The notes beneath the pieces are model-generated. The model had not been told where the DNA came from. It did not search any database and worked only from the letters and a program-made list of their open reading frames with translations. From a virus (Duplodnaviria; Caudoviricetes), in the IMG/VR virus record IMGVR_UViG_3300023261_000004, positions 1-40,254 of that record: a DNA stretch of 40,254 nucleotides, one strand, 5' to 3'. A program made the translations under genes and the position numbers. Positions within the stretch are counted from its first letter, which is position 1. Each line of letters opens with the position of its first letter. Positions 33,107-40,254 of the stretch are shown piece by piece.

Positions 33107-34965
33107 CGCGGATACCGGCGGGCCTTGGCCACGTTGATCAACTGGCCGGCGGCCCCCATCGTCAACGGTTCCTTGAACGGCACCCGCAGCTTGCGCAGGT
33201 AGTCCAACTGCTTCTCCGAGGCCGGCCGTTCTTTCCAGCCGGCATCCCGGGCCAGCAGGCGCTGGACGTTCCGCCGCTCCCGGCCGACCCAGAGCTCGGC
33301 CGCCACCAGCGCCGTCGCCTCAGTCGGGTAGCCACTGCCGAGGGAGCGCTGCCGGGTGTCGAGGCGCTGCTCCTTCGGCCCGTCCGGGTCCCGCTTCTGT
33401 TTCCACGTCAGGGCCAGGTCCCACTTCCCCAGCAGGTCCTGGCTGGCCTCGAGCGTTTCGGTCCCCTCGAGGCCGTCCGGCGTCTGCCACGGGTAGCTGA
33501 TGCGGAACGCGTCCGACAACTGCAGCCAGTCCAGGCGCGTGCTCTGCACGAGCTCGCCTGACAACGGGGCCACCTTCCACACGTCGACCCGCTGGGCCCG
33601 GGCCCGCAGCTGCGCCAGGGTCAGCCGGCCGTCCTTGAGCAGCGCGGCAATGTCGAGGTTGGGGTGCTGCTCCTGCAGCGCCTTGAGCTCGGCGTCGAGC
33701 GCGTCGAGCGTCTGGTCGTCCGCCGGGACCAACCCCGGCGGCAGCCCGTAGAGCACCGGCGCCGTCTGGAGACTGTGCCGGCGGGACACATCGACGATGT
33801 CGATCACCACGCACCGGTCCTTGCCGGGGTGCGGGCGCAGGCCGCGCCCGGTCATCTGCTCGTAGAGCGTGGCGCTCTTGGTCGGCTTCGCGTGGAGAAT
33901 GCACTCGACCATCGGCAGGTCGGTGCCCTCGGTCAGCACCATACAATTCGCGATGCCCTGCAGCGTGCCGTCCCTGAGGGCCTGCAGCATCGCCCTGCGT
34001 TCGTCCTTGGGCGTTTCTCCAGACAGCGCAGCCCAGTGGTAGCCCGCTTCACAGAACGCGTCAGCGAGGCTGTGGGCGTGCGCCACGTCGACCGTGAACC
34101 CGAGCGTGCTCCGTCCTTCGGCGAGCTCGCGCCAAGCCGCCACGGCCAAGGCGTTCCGCTCGGTGAGATTCACCGCCTCGGCCAGGTCCTTCTGGTTGAA
34201 TTCCCCGGCCACCGTCCGCACGTCGTCCAGGCTGCAGTCGCTCTCAATGGCGTGCGCCTCGATCGGGACCAGATACCCGTCCTTGATGGCCTGCTTGAGC
34301 TCGTAGCTGTAGGCAATGGACTGGAACACACAGCCGAGCCCGATGGCATCGGTGCGGTTCGGCGTGGCCGTGACCCCGACCAGCAGCCGGTCCTTCGGCG
34401 CCGTCCGGTCCCAGCCCGCCAAGGCCTGCTCCATCTCAGCCGTGTCGGTGAATTCGATCGCCTCGATCCCCTCCACGTCGGTGCCCTCGGCCGGCGGCAG
34501 GAACCCGAGGTGGACCAGGGCGGTGCGGTAGGTCGGCGCGGCGGCGTGGTGCGCCTCGTCGATGATGACCAGCCGGAAGTCATGGTGGCGGATCAGCCGG
34601 GTCAGCCGGGTGAACTTGCGCGCGGCCAGCGTCTGGATGCTGGCCACCACGCAGTCGGCAAAGCTCGACGCCACGCGCGGGCCCTGCTCCACGTCCACCA
34701 TCCAGTCCGGGTGCTGGGCCTGGATCTTCTCCGCGGCCTGGTCGAGCAGTTCTTCGCGGTGCGCAACGACCAGCATTTGCGCGCCCCGGCCCCGGTGCTC
34801 GAGCAGAAACGACCCGATCCGGTCCCAGGTCGGCATGGCCGCAAACGTGACCGTCTTGCCGGTGCCGGTGGGTTTCTTCACCAGCAGCCGGCGCTCGCCC
34901 CAGGCCAGGTGGTCGGCCACCGCCTCGAGCGTAGCCGTCTGATACGGGCGTAGGGTCGGGGCCAT
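33103..34965 (-). CDS. SF2 DEAH helicase, Irc3/ResIII-like (620 aa)
   Basis: LRPYQ, PTGTGKT, DEAHH, TATP, LTEGTDLP, QMTGRGLR; ATG overlaps the upstream TAA. Confidence 0.92.
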   Translation of the reverse strand: MAPTLRPYQTATLEAVADHLAWGERRLLVKKPTGTGKTVTFAAMPTWDRIGSFLLEHRGRGAQMLVVAHREELLDQAAEKIQAQHPDWMVDVEQGPRVASSFADCVVASIQTLAARKFTRLTRLIRHHDFRLVIIDEAHHAAAPTYRTALVHLGFLPPAEGTDVEGIEAIEFTDTAEMEQALAGWDRTAPKDRLLVGVTATPNRTDAIGLGCVFQSIAYSYELKQAIKDGYLVPIEAHAIESDCSLDDVRTVAGEFNQKDLAEAVNLTERNALAVAAWRELAEGRSTLGFTVDVAHAHSLADAFCEAGYHWAALSGETPKDERRAMLQALRDGTLQGIANCMVLTEGTDLPMVECILHAKPTKSATLYEQMTGRGLRPHPGKDRCVVIDIVDVSRRHSLQTAPVLYGLPPGLVPADDQTLDALDAELKALQEQHPNLDIAALLKDGRLTLAQLRARAQRVDVWKVAPLSGELVQSTRLDWLQLSDAFRISYPWQTPDGLEGTETLEASQDLLGKWDLALTWKQKRDPDGPKEQRLDTRQRSLGSGYPTEATALVAAELWVGRERRNVQRLLARDAGWKERPASEKQLDYLRKLRVPFKEPLTMGAAGQLINVAKARRYPR

Positions 34966-35216
34966 TAGAACGCTACGACCTTCGCCCCGACTTGCTTGGC
35001 GAAGCGTGTGGCCTTGGCGCGGGTCGTCCAACCGATGTCCTGCGTGACCGTGCCGCGGATGAAGTCTTCGCGGGTGGCGTAGAACTTCACCACCACGTAG
35101 GGGTGCTCGTCCTTCATAAAGACCACGGGCTGTCCGGGCTTCACCTTGGCACCGTCTGCCAAACTCTCTGCAAACGTCTTCTCGCGGGCATCGCGGGGCG
35201 TGGTGTCGTTGGCCAT
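34965..35216 (-). CDS. Hypothetical early protein (83 aa)
   Basis: GGAG SD; directly behind promoter P2. Confidence 0.7.
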   Translation of the reverse strand: MANDTTPRDAREKTFAESLADGAKVKPGQPVVFMKDEHPYVVVKFYATREDFIRGTVTQDIGWTTRAKATRFAKQVGAKVVAF

Positions 35217-35249
35217 GTCACTCTCCGTTCGGTTGTCCGGGTTCCTCGC

Positions 35250-35310
35250 CGCCGGGGGTCACGCCCCGGTCGACGAGTAAGAGACTACTACTTGTGTGTC
35301 TGAATGTCAA
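35250..35310 (-). promoter_or_regulatory. sigma70 promoter P2 plus 5' hairpin
   Basis: TTGACA-N17-TAGTCT; 24-nt TCGACCGGGGCGTGACCCCCGGCG identical to 37969-37992. Confidence 0.85.
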
Positions 35311-35387
35311 CGCTTGTTGATCTCGGGCGCAATGAACAACCCGTAGAGCGCCAGCACGAACAAACATCCAACCAGAATGGTGGCCAT
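35307..35387 (-). CDS. 26-aa TM micropeptide (MATILVGCLFVLALYGLFIAPEINKR)
   Basis: GAGGGAG SD; its TGA lies inside the TTGACA of P2. Confidence 0.6.
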   Translation of the reverse strand: MATILVGCLFVLALYGLFIAPEINKR

Positions 35388-35396
35388 GTCACTCCC

Positions 35397-35528
35397 TCAC
35401 TTTCGTTTCCGCTTGGGCCGCCACCCCGTCTTCCGGAGGGTGCCGTAGACGTAGGCAGCGGCCCGTTTCTTCCCCAGCCCCAGCTTCTTCGCCCGTCGCT
35501 TTAGCTTCCGCTCCAGGCGCTTCGGCAT
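35397..35528 (-). CDS. 43-aa highly basic protein (MPKRLERKLKRRAKKLGLGKKRAAAYVYGTLRKTGWRPKRKRK)
   Basis: AGGTG SD; translated by hand; likely nucleic-acid binding. Confidence 0.7.
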   Translation of the reverse strand: MPKRLERKLKRRAKKLGLGKKRAAAYVYGTLRKTGWRPKRKRK

Positions 35529-35531
35529 GGG

Positions 35532-36455
35532 TCACCTATGAGCGTGAAAGACCGTGTGCGTTGGGACGCGCAGTGGCTTGTCGGCTGGCCCCTTCACAAA
35601 CGGGTGGATGTAGATCGGCCGGATACCATCCTTGTAGGGTTGCTGCCGCCAGTGGCCGGTCACGATCCAACGGCACGACCACTCGACCGGTTCTGCGTTG
35701 GGATCACGCGGGGCGTCCGACTCAAGCCGGCGCAGTTCGATGATCTTCACGGTGCTGGCCACCGGGGTGTCGAATTCGCGCGCCAGTTGCTTGCGCCGAT
35801 GCCGCTCGACGTGCCCGTCACTGGTGACCAGAATGCGCTGGCGCAACCAGGCCGCGGCGGCAATGACGAAGCGCATTACCTCGTAGCCCCGGCGCAGCCG
35901 AAACGTGTCATCCTCTACCCCTCCGAACGACAGCGCAACGTCGTCGCGGACATTGCCGAGCGTGCGATCCGGCGGGATCGCATAGACCGACGTTGGCATC
36001 AGGATCGACGGTTCGTCGTCAGCGCGGCGGGACCACCGGTGAACGATCAGGGCCAGCCGCTCCGGTGCGTCAGGCGGACCCAAGACTACCGGGCCGATCA
36101 CGATGGCACCGATCTCCCGACCCACCCGTGTAGACGTGTCAGGGTCTGGAAGCGCAATCGGCACCGGCTCGTCGAACCACCACCAACTGACACCACTGGG
36201 CAAGTCCTCCAGGCGCAGCGTCGAAGAGTCGGGCACCGACAGCGCGGCAGCTTGCACCGCCGCGCTCGTCGGCCCACTCCAGCAATAAGTCTCGGCGTGC
36301 GGCAGCAGAGTCGTGGCACCTTCAGCGGCAAAGCGCAGACCTGACAGGCTCAGGTCTGACGGGTCTGCCGCCTCGCTTACATCGAGCATCCAGTGCGCCG
36401 TGCGTAGCACGGCATACTGCTGCTCCAGCGCTCGCATCCATGGGCGGTCGTGCAT
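35532..36455 (-). CDS. Hypothetical phage protein (307 aa) with C-terminal GHWR motif
   Basis: GAGG SD; WIVTGHWRQQPY...IYIHPFVKGP.DKP motif common in phage proteins; weaker codon bias. Confidence 0.75.
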   Translation of the reverse strand: MHDRPWMRALEQQYAVLRTAHWMLDVSEAADPSDLSLSGLRFAAEGATTLLPHAETYCWSGPTSAAVQAAALSVPDSSTLRLEDLPSGVSWWWFDEPVPIALPDPDTSTRVGREIGAIVIGPVVLGPPDAPERLALIVHRWSRRADDEPSILMPTSVYAIPPDRTLGNVRDDVALSFGGVEDDTFRLRRGYEVMRFVIAAAAWLRQRILVTSDGHVERHRRKQLAREFDTPVASTVKIIELRRLESDAPRDPNAEPVEWSCRWIVTGHWRQQPYKDGIRPIYIHPFVKGPADKPLRVPTHTVFHAHR

Positions 36456-36464
36456 GGCCGCACC

Positions 36465-37451
36465 TCAGAACGTCGTGGTGGTCTTGCGCGCCTGCACACC
36501 CGGCCAGGTGTTGATCAGTTCCCGCAGTTCGGTGGCGTAGCGGTTGACGCGCGCCACGTCCACCATCAGGACATCGGGCGGCACCTCGCCGCGGAGCGCA
36601 GCCTCGTGCAGCGCCTGCAGGTCGGTGATGTCCGCCGACCACGTCGTGCGCTCGCGCGCGCCGGACGCCTTCTGGATGTTCGGCCGCACCGGCGCGTTGA
36701 CGAACGGGATCGCCGGCTCCTGCGACACGGCCACGGCCTGCCGGCGGATGGCTTCGGCGTCTTTCAGCCCGTTGATCGCGGACGTGATCTTGCCGAGGGA
36801 CATCAGACGGGCGGCACTCTTCAACGAGTCTTTGTAGCCGGCCAGGACCGCGGCCTGCTGCGCGTTGCCGGTCTTCGCCATCTGCTCGACGAACTTGCGC
36901 TCCCGGTCGGACAGGTCGGCCGACGCCTCTTCGCGCTCGACGGCGCGGCGTTCCAGTTCCGCCAGTTCTTCCTGCTGCCGCTGGCGCGCTTCCTCTTCGG
37001 CCTTGCGGATGGCGCGCTCTTCCATCTCGCGGGCCAACCGGCGCTGTTCTGCGGTGTAGGTGTTGTGGAGGCCCTGGAGAATGCCGGCGCTCTGCTCCAG
37101 GGGCTTCGTCACCTCGGCGCGGGCCTGCGTCAGGCGACGGTGGATCCGAAAGAAGGCCCCCGTGAACGGCTCGGCGTGTTCCTCGGCCAGCTTCAGCGCG
37201 TTGCGGTCAGCCAGTAGGTCCTCCTGCAGCGCGAGGTCCTCGGCTTCGGTCACCGGCGCCTTGCGCTGGCGCGACTGTTCCAGGCGGTCCTTGGCCACCG
37301 CCACCATGGCCTTGTTGCTGCGCCACCAGTTCGCCAGGTTGTCGAACCACGGCAGCACCAGCGCGTGCTCCTGCTGGACGAGGGCCACCTCCGCGGGCAG
37401 CACCTCGGCGTCGATCACTTTCTTCTTCCCGTTCCCGTTGGTCTTGGCCAT
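36465..37451 (-). CDS. Coiled-coil phage protein (328 aa) with an internal TerS-like HTH
   Basis: TAATG overlap; R.TW...ITD....P..L.VD...N......PGV C-terminus typical of recombination-module proteins. Confidence 0.8.
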   Translation of the reverse strand: MAKTNGNGKKKVIDAEVLPAEVALVQQEHALVLPWFDNLANWWRSNKAMVAVAKDRLEQSRQRKAPVTEAEDLALQEDLLADRNALKLAEEHAEPFTGAFFRIHRRLTQARAEVTKPLEQSAGILQGLHNTYTAEQRRLAREMEERAIRKAEEEARQRQQEELAELERRAVEREEASADLSDRERKFVEQMAKTGNAQQAAVLAGYKDSLKSAARLMSLGKITSAINGLKDAEAIRRQAVAVSQEPAIPFVNAPVRPNIQKASGARERTTWSADITDLQALHEAALRGEVPPDVLMVDVARVNRYATELRELINTWPGVQARKTTTTF

Positions 37452-37705
37452 TAGCGCACCACCTTGTCGCCGGGCAGCACGGTATAACTGCCGGTTTCCG
37501 CGAACCGCTTGGCGTAGAACCGGTCGGATGCGGCGTTCATGCGCTTGGCCCCGCGGCGGCGGGTTTCGTTGAAAAATGCCCGGTGCCGCTGCACCGAGTC
37601 GGCCACCGCCGTGAACTTCGCCGGCGTGTTGCCAAGGGTTGCCAGTTCGTCATCGGTCATCGCCCGATATTCCGCAACTAGTGCGTTGTATTTCGTAGTG
37701 GCCAT
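37451..37705 (-). CDS. Hypothetical early protein (84 aa)
   Basis: AGGAG SD; AKRMNAA motif. Confidence 0.7.
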   Translation of the reverse strand: MATTKYNALVAEYRAMTDDELATLGNTPAKFTAVADSVQRHRAFFNETRRRGAKRMNAASDRFYAKRFAETGSYTVLPGDKVVR

Positions 37706-37723
37706 GTCACTCACTCCTGTCGG

Positions 37724-37954
37724 TTACTTCGGAAATTCCTGCTGCACCTGCGCGCGGCAGGCATCGCACCCGATCCACTTCGCACGGTCGGCGGCGTTCA
37801 TGCGCTTGGCGTCGGTGTAGGGCACGTCGTAGGCGGTCAGCGTGCCACCGCACGCGGTGAAGGTATGGCCGAACCCGTCGTTGATCCGACGCCCGCGGCG
37901 ACGGACAACGACACGAACGTGGGCGCGAATGGCGGCGAATGTGCGGGCACTCAT
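37724..37954 (-). CDS. Hypothetical Cys/His (zinc-finger-like) protein (76 aa)
   Basis: AAGGAG SD; H..TACG..GCDAC; AKRMNAA motif; first gene behind P1. Confidence 0.7.
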   Translation of the reverse strand: MSARTFAAIRAHVRVVVRRRGRRINDGFGHTFTACGGTLTAYDVPYTDAKRMNAADRAKWIGCDACRAQVQQEFPK

Positions 37955-37968
37955 GACTCACTCCTTCT

Positions 37969-38028
37969 CGCCGGGGGTCACGCCCCGGTCGATGAGAGAG
38001 ACTACTGCTTGTGACACACAACTGTCAA
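37969..38028 (-). promoter_or_regulatory. sigma70 promoter P1 plus 5' hairpin
   Basis: TTGACA-N18-TAGTCT; same 24-nt hairpin as P2. Confidence 0.85.
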
Positions 38029-38037
38029 GCCCCTCTC

Positions 38038-38556
38038 TCACCGCTCCATCCGCGACAGCTTCTCCAGCACGATCAGCGGGGCCGAATCGGTGACCGGTTC
38101 CAACACCCCGACCCGCTCTTCCCGCGCGATCAGGATCCAGTATTCGCCCGGCTCCCCGGCAAAGGCGCACGCCTCCATCTGCCAGGACACCGGGCCGTTG
38201 GTCCCGTCTGCCGTCCGCGGCAGCACCCGCAGCGTGCCCTTGTGCAGGCTGATCACCCCTTCTCGGTGCCGCCATCCGCACAACGTGATCAAGTTGTCCA
38301 CCTGCGAGCGCAGCCCCTTCGGATCGCCGCCCATGCCCTTGTGGGTCAGGTGCGCCACCTCCGGGTTGTAGCCGCGCTCCCGACATCCGCAGAAGGGAAA
38401 GCGGCACCTAAAGCCGTCGCGGGCCGCGGCGGTCAGCTTGTTGGTGCGCTCCTGCCGGGCGACGAGATAGCGCCGACGTTGCTTCTCGATCGTGCGCGTC
38501 TTCGTCTTGAACATCGGGCCAGCATGTCTCGGGGGCCAGGATTGGGATTCGTCCAC
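38038..38556 (-). CDS. HNH endonuclease (172 aa)
   Basis: RDGFRCRFPFC..EVAHL.HKGMGG...NLITLC..RH....H; AAGGAG SD before the GTG. Confidence 0.85.
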   Translation of the reverse strand: MDESQSWPPRHAGPMFKTKTRTIEKQRRRYLVARQERTNKLTAAARDGFRCRFPFCGCRERGYNPEVAHLTHKGMGGDPKGLRSQVDNLITLCGWRHREGVISLHKGTLRVLPRTADGTNGPVSWQMEACAFAGEPGEYWILIAREERVGVLEPVTDSAPLIVLEKLSRMER

Positions 38557-38616
38557 GGCTCAACTCCTTCAGCCAGTGACTGGAACAGCGCAGCGCGTGC
38601 CGCGCCTCGAGCCACC

Positions 38617-39204
38617 TCAATAGCGCCCGCATACCCGTAACACCTCGTAGGCCTCGGCCAGGTCCCGCGGGTCGTCGTGCCGCTCGACCTTGTAGCCACC
38701 GTCGAACCGCAGGTAGCAGCACCACCGGCGCGTGTGCTGCGGCGGGATGCCACTCTCGACGCTGTCGAGGATCGCTTCCAGCGCCGTCTGGACCGGGTGC
38801 CACGGGGCTTTGCCGCCGGTCTTGATTTCCCACACGCCGCGCACCCGGTGCAGGTTCAGCACCCGGTCGATCCGGCTGCAGTAGCGGTGCGTCGGGTGGC
38901 TGCTCAGTTCTTCGACGTGCAGGATGTCCGGCTGCAGCGCCCGCATACAGGCGACGTGCGCCAGCAGATACGGCTTCCACCCGTGCGTGACCCCTTCGGG
39001 TCGGCTGATCAGCCCGAGGTCGTAGTCGGCGGTGCGCGCGTGGACCCACGTCCCGCGCTCCGCGGCGTCGTCGTCGAACCACCGGTCGTCGATGCGCCCA
39101 GCCTGCTTCAGTAACTGCGTGATCCCGGGCAGCACCTCGCCCGTCTCCTGTTCGATGTAGTCGTGGCGGCCGGCGTCGAACCGCACGTCGAGGTCGTTAG
39201 CCAC
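38617..39204 (-). CDS. PD-(D/E)XK nuclease (Cas4/YqaJ-like exonuclease; 195 aa)
   Basis: H.Y...PGITQLL, ERGT.VH, E....YCSRIDR...WEIKTG....QTA. Confidence 0.8.
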   Translation of the reverse strand: MANDLDVRFDAGRHDYIEQETGEVLPGITQLLKQAGRIDDRWFDDDAAERGTWVHARTADYDLGLISRPEGVTHGWKPYLLAHVACMRALQPDILHVEELSSHPTHRYCSRIDRVLNLHRVRGVWEIKTGGKAPWHPVQTALEAILDSVESGIPPQHTRRWCCYLRFDGGYKVERHDDPRDLAEAYEVLRVCGRY

Positions 39205-39502
39205 GGGGCCGCTCCAGCAATCGCCGCAGACTGGCGCGCATGACCGGGTCGGTGTCCCAGCGGTCGACCGCCGCCGCCAGGTAGTTCTGTAAGTGCTCGA
39301 CGACGGGCCCGTGCTCGTGCTGCGGGAACGTCGCCGACACCGCGTGCGCGGCCATCTCGATCAGCGCGGTGGCGATGGTGCCGCCGTCCACCGTGCCGGC
39401 CGGGATCGTCTCGATCAGCGCCACCGTCAACCGCGCGATCGTCTCGGTCAGCACCAAGTGGTCGGCCTCGCCGCCCATCCGCAGGCCGTCATCGTCCGTC
39501 AT
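39197..39502 (-). CDS. Hypothetical helical protein (101 aa)
   Basis: AAGGA SD; packed between recombination genes. Confidence 0.7.
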   Translation of the reverse strand: MTDDDGLRMGGEADHLVLTETIARLTVALIETIPAGTVDGGTIATALIEMAAHAVSATFPQHEHGPVVEHLQNYLAAAVDRWDTDPVMRASLRRLLERPRG

Positions 39503-39504
39503 GG

Positions 39505-40254
39505 TTATCCTTCCTCGCCCGGATCGCGCGGCAGCTGCAACGGCCCCGGCGCCTCGAGGGCCGCAATGATCGCGTTATAGTCCTTGCGCTTGATCTCAGC
39601 GCTGCCGCTCACGGCATAGCGCGCCCCGAGCCACACGGCCACCTCGTCGACCGGCCGGCGCATCCGCTTGGCGGTGTCCCACAGTTTCCGGGCCGCGGGT
39701 TTGGTGATCGGTTCATCGCCGTCCGGCATGTCGGTGGCCGGGGTCTGCGCCGGCGGGGCCGGCTTGGGCGCGGCCTGGCGCGAGGGCGCGCGCTGCTCGT
39801 TCCACATCGGCGGGTCGTCCTTCCGGCGCCACACCTTCTGCTCCTTGCCGTCCCGGCTCTGCACCGTCACGCACACGCCTAGCTCGCGCGTCATGCGCTC
39901 GCGCCAGTCGTAGTCCCACAGTTCCAGCCACACCCCGATCCGCTTGCAGCACCGGCGCAGGGCGCTGGCAACGGTGCTCTCGACGGCGTCCCCGAAGGTC
40001 TGGTCCGGGTTGCTCTCGTGGTATTCCTGCTGCCCCCAGGCCGCGGCCACCGGCGCCCCGCCGATGTGTAGGACGTAGGGGCAGACAATGCAGCGCTTCT
40101 GCCCGTCGAACGCCGGCCGTCCGATCGGCACCAGCGCCCAGCCGAACCGGCCGAACGCTCTATTGAGCAGCCGGGTGTATTCGGTGTGCGCCAAAAACAT
40201 GACGGGGTGGCGCTGCGGCAAGAACCTGATGCGCCCGACCGGCGGCGGCTCCGA
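39505..40254 (-). CDS. Rad52/Sak-type ssDNA annealing protein, Mgm101-like; 5' end outside window
   Basis: Frame is open to the window edge; EYTRLLNRAFGRFGWALVP, A.GQQEY, SALRRCCKRIGVWLELWD, KVWRRKD. Confidence 0.8.
   Translation of the reverse strand, partial: SEPPPVGRIRFLPQRHPVMFLAHTEYTRLLNRAFGRFGWALVPIGRPAFDGQKRCIVCPYVLHIGGAPVAAAWGQQEYHESNPDQTFGDAVESTVASALRRCCKRIGVWLELWDYDWRERMTRELGVCVTVQSRDGKEQKVWRRKDDPPMWNEQRAPSRQAAPKPAPPAQTPATDMPDGDEPITKPAARKLWDTAKRMRRPVDEVAVWLGARYAVSGSAEIKRKDYNAIIAALEAPGPLQLPRDPGEEG

Noticed and set aside
38617-39204. Cas4 of a CRISPR system
   Set aside because: No array or other cas genes; the context is a phage recombination module.

Overview
This high-GC window is most of a tailed dsDNA phage (or prophage) genome of the podovirus type, with a Bordetella BPP-1-like structural module. 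Every credible gene is on the minus strand; the long plus-strand ORFs are antisense shadows. Reading right to left, it contains: (1) a recombination module (Mgm101/Rad52-like annealing protein, PD-(D/E)XK nuclease, HNH); (2) two near-duplicate sigma70 promoter+hairpin cassettes driving small genes; (3) an Irc3-like SF2 helicase, a ~480-nt structured non-coding leader, an initiator-like protein, DnaB and a RuvC-like resolvase; (4) MT-A70 and C5 DNA methyltransferases, a cluster of signal-peptide proteins and a PAPS-reductase-like gene; (5) terS, five small inserted genes, terL and a GNAT; (6) portal, scaffold, major capsid and cement; (7) two sialyltransferase(GT29)-fold-like genes; (8) an adaptor fused to large extra domains, the nozzle, and three internal virion (ejection) proteins, the last of which (>1690 aa) runs off the left edge. 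Best novelty candidates: small genes overprinted in the +1 frame inside the giant ejection-protein gene, one directly after a DUF7178-like effector domain (a possible nested effector/immunity pair); a major capsid protein with an N-terminal signal-peptide-like extension; and a possible virion glycosylation system (two GT-like genes plus Gly-Ser-Asp motifs in tail proteins). All family assignments are from motif recognition by eye, not database searches. No integrase, endolysin, tail fibre, tRNA or CRISPR array was recognised.
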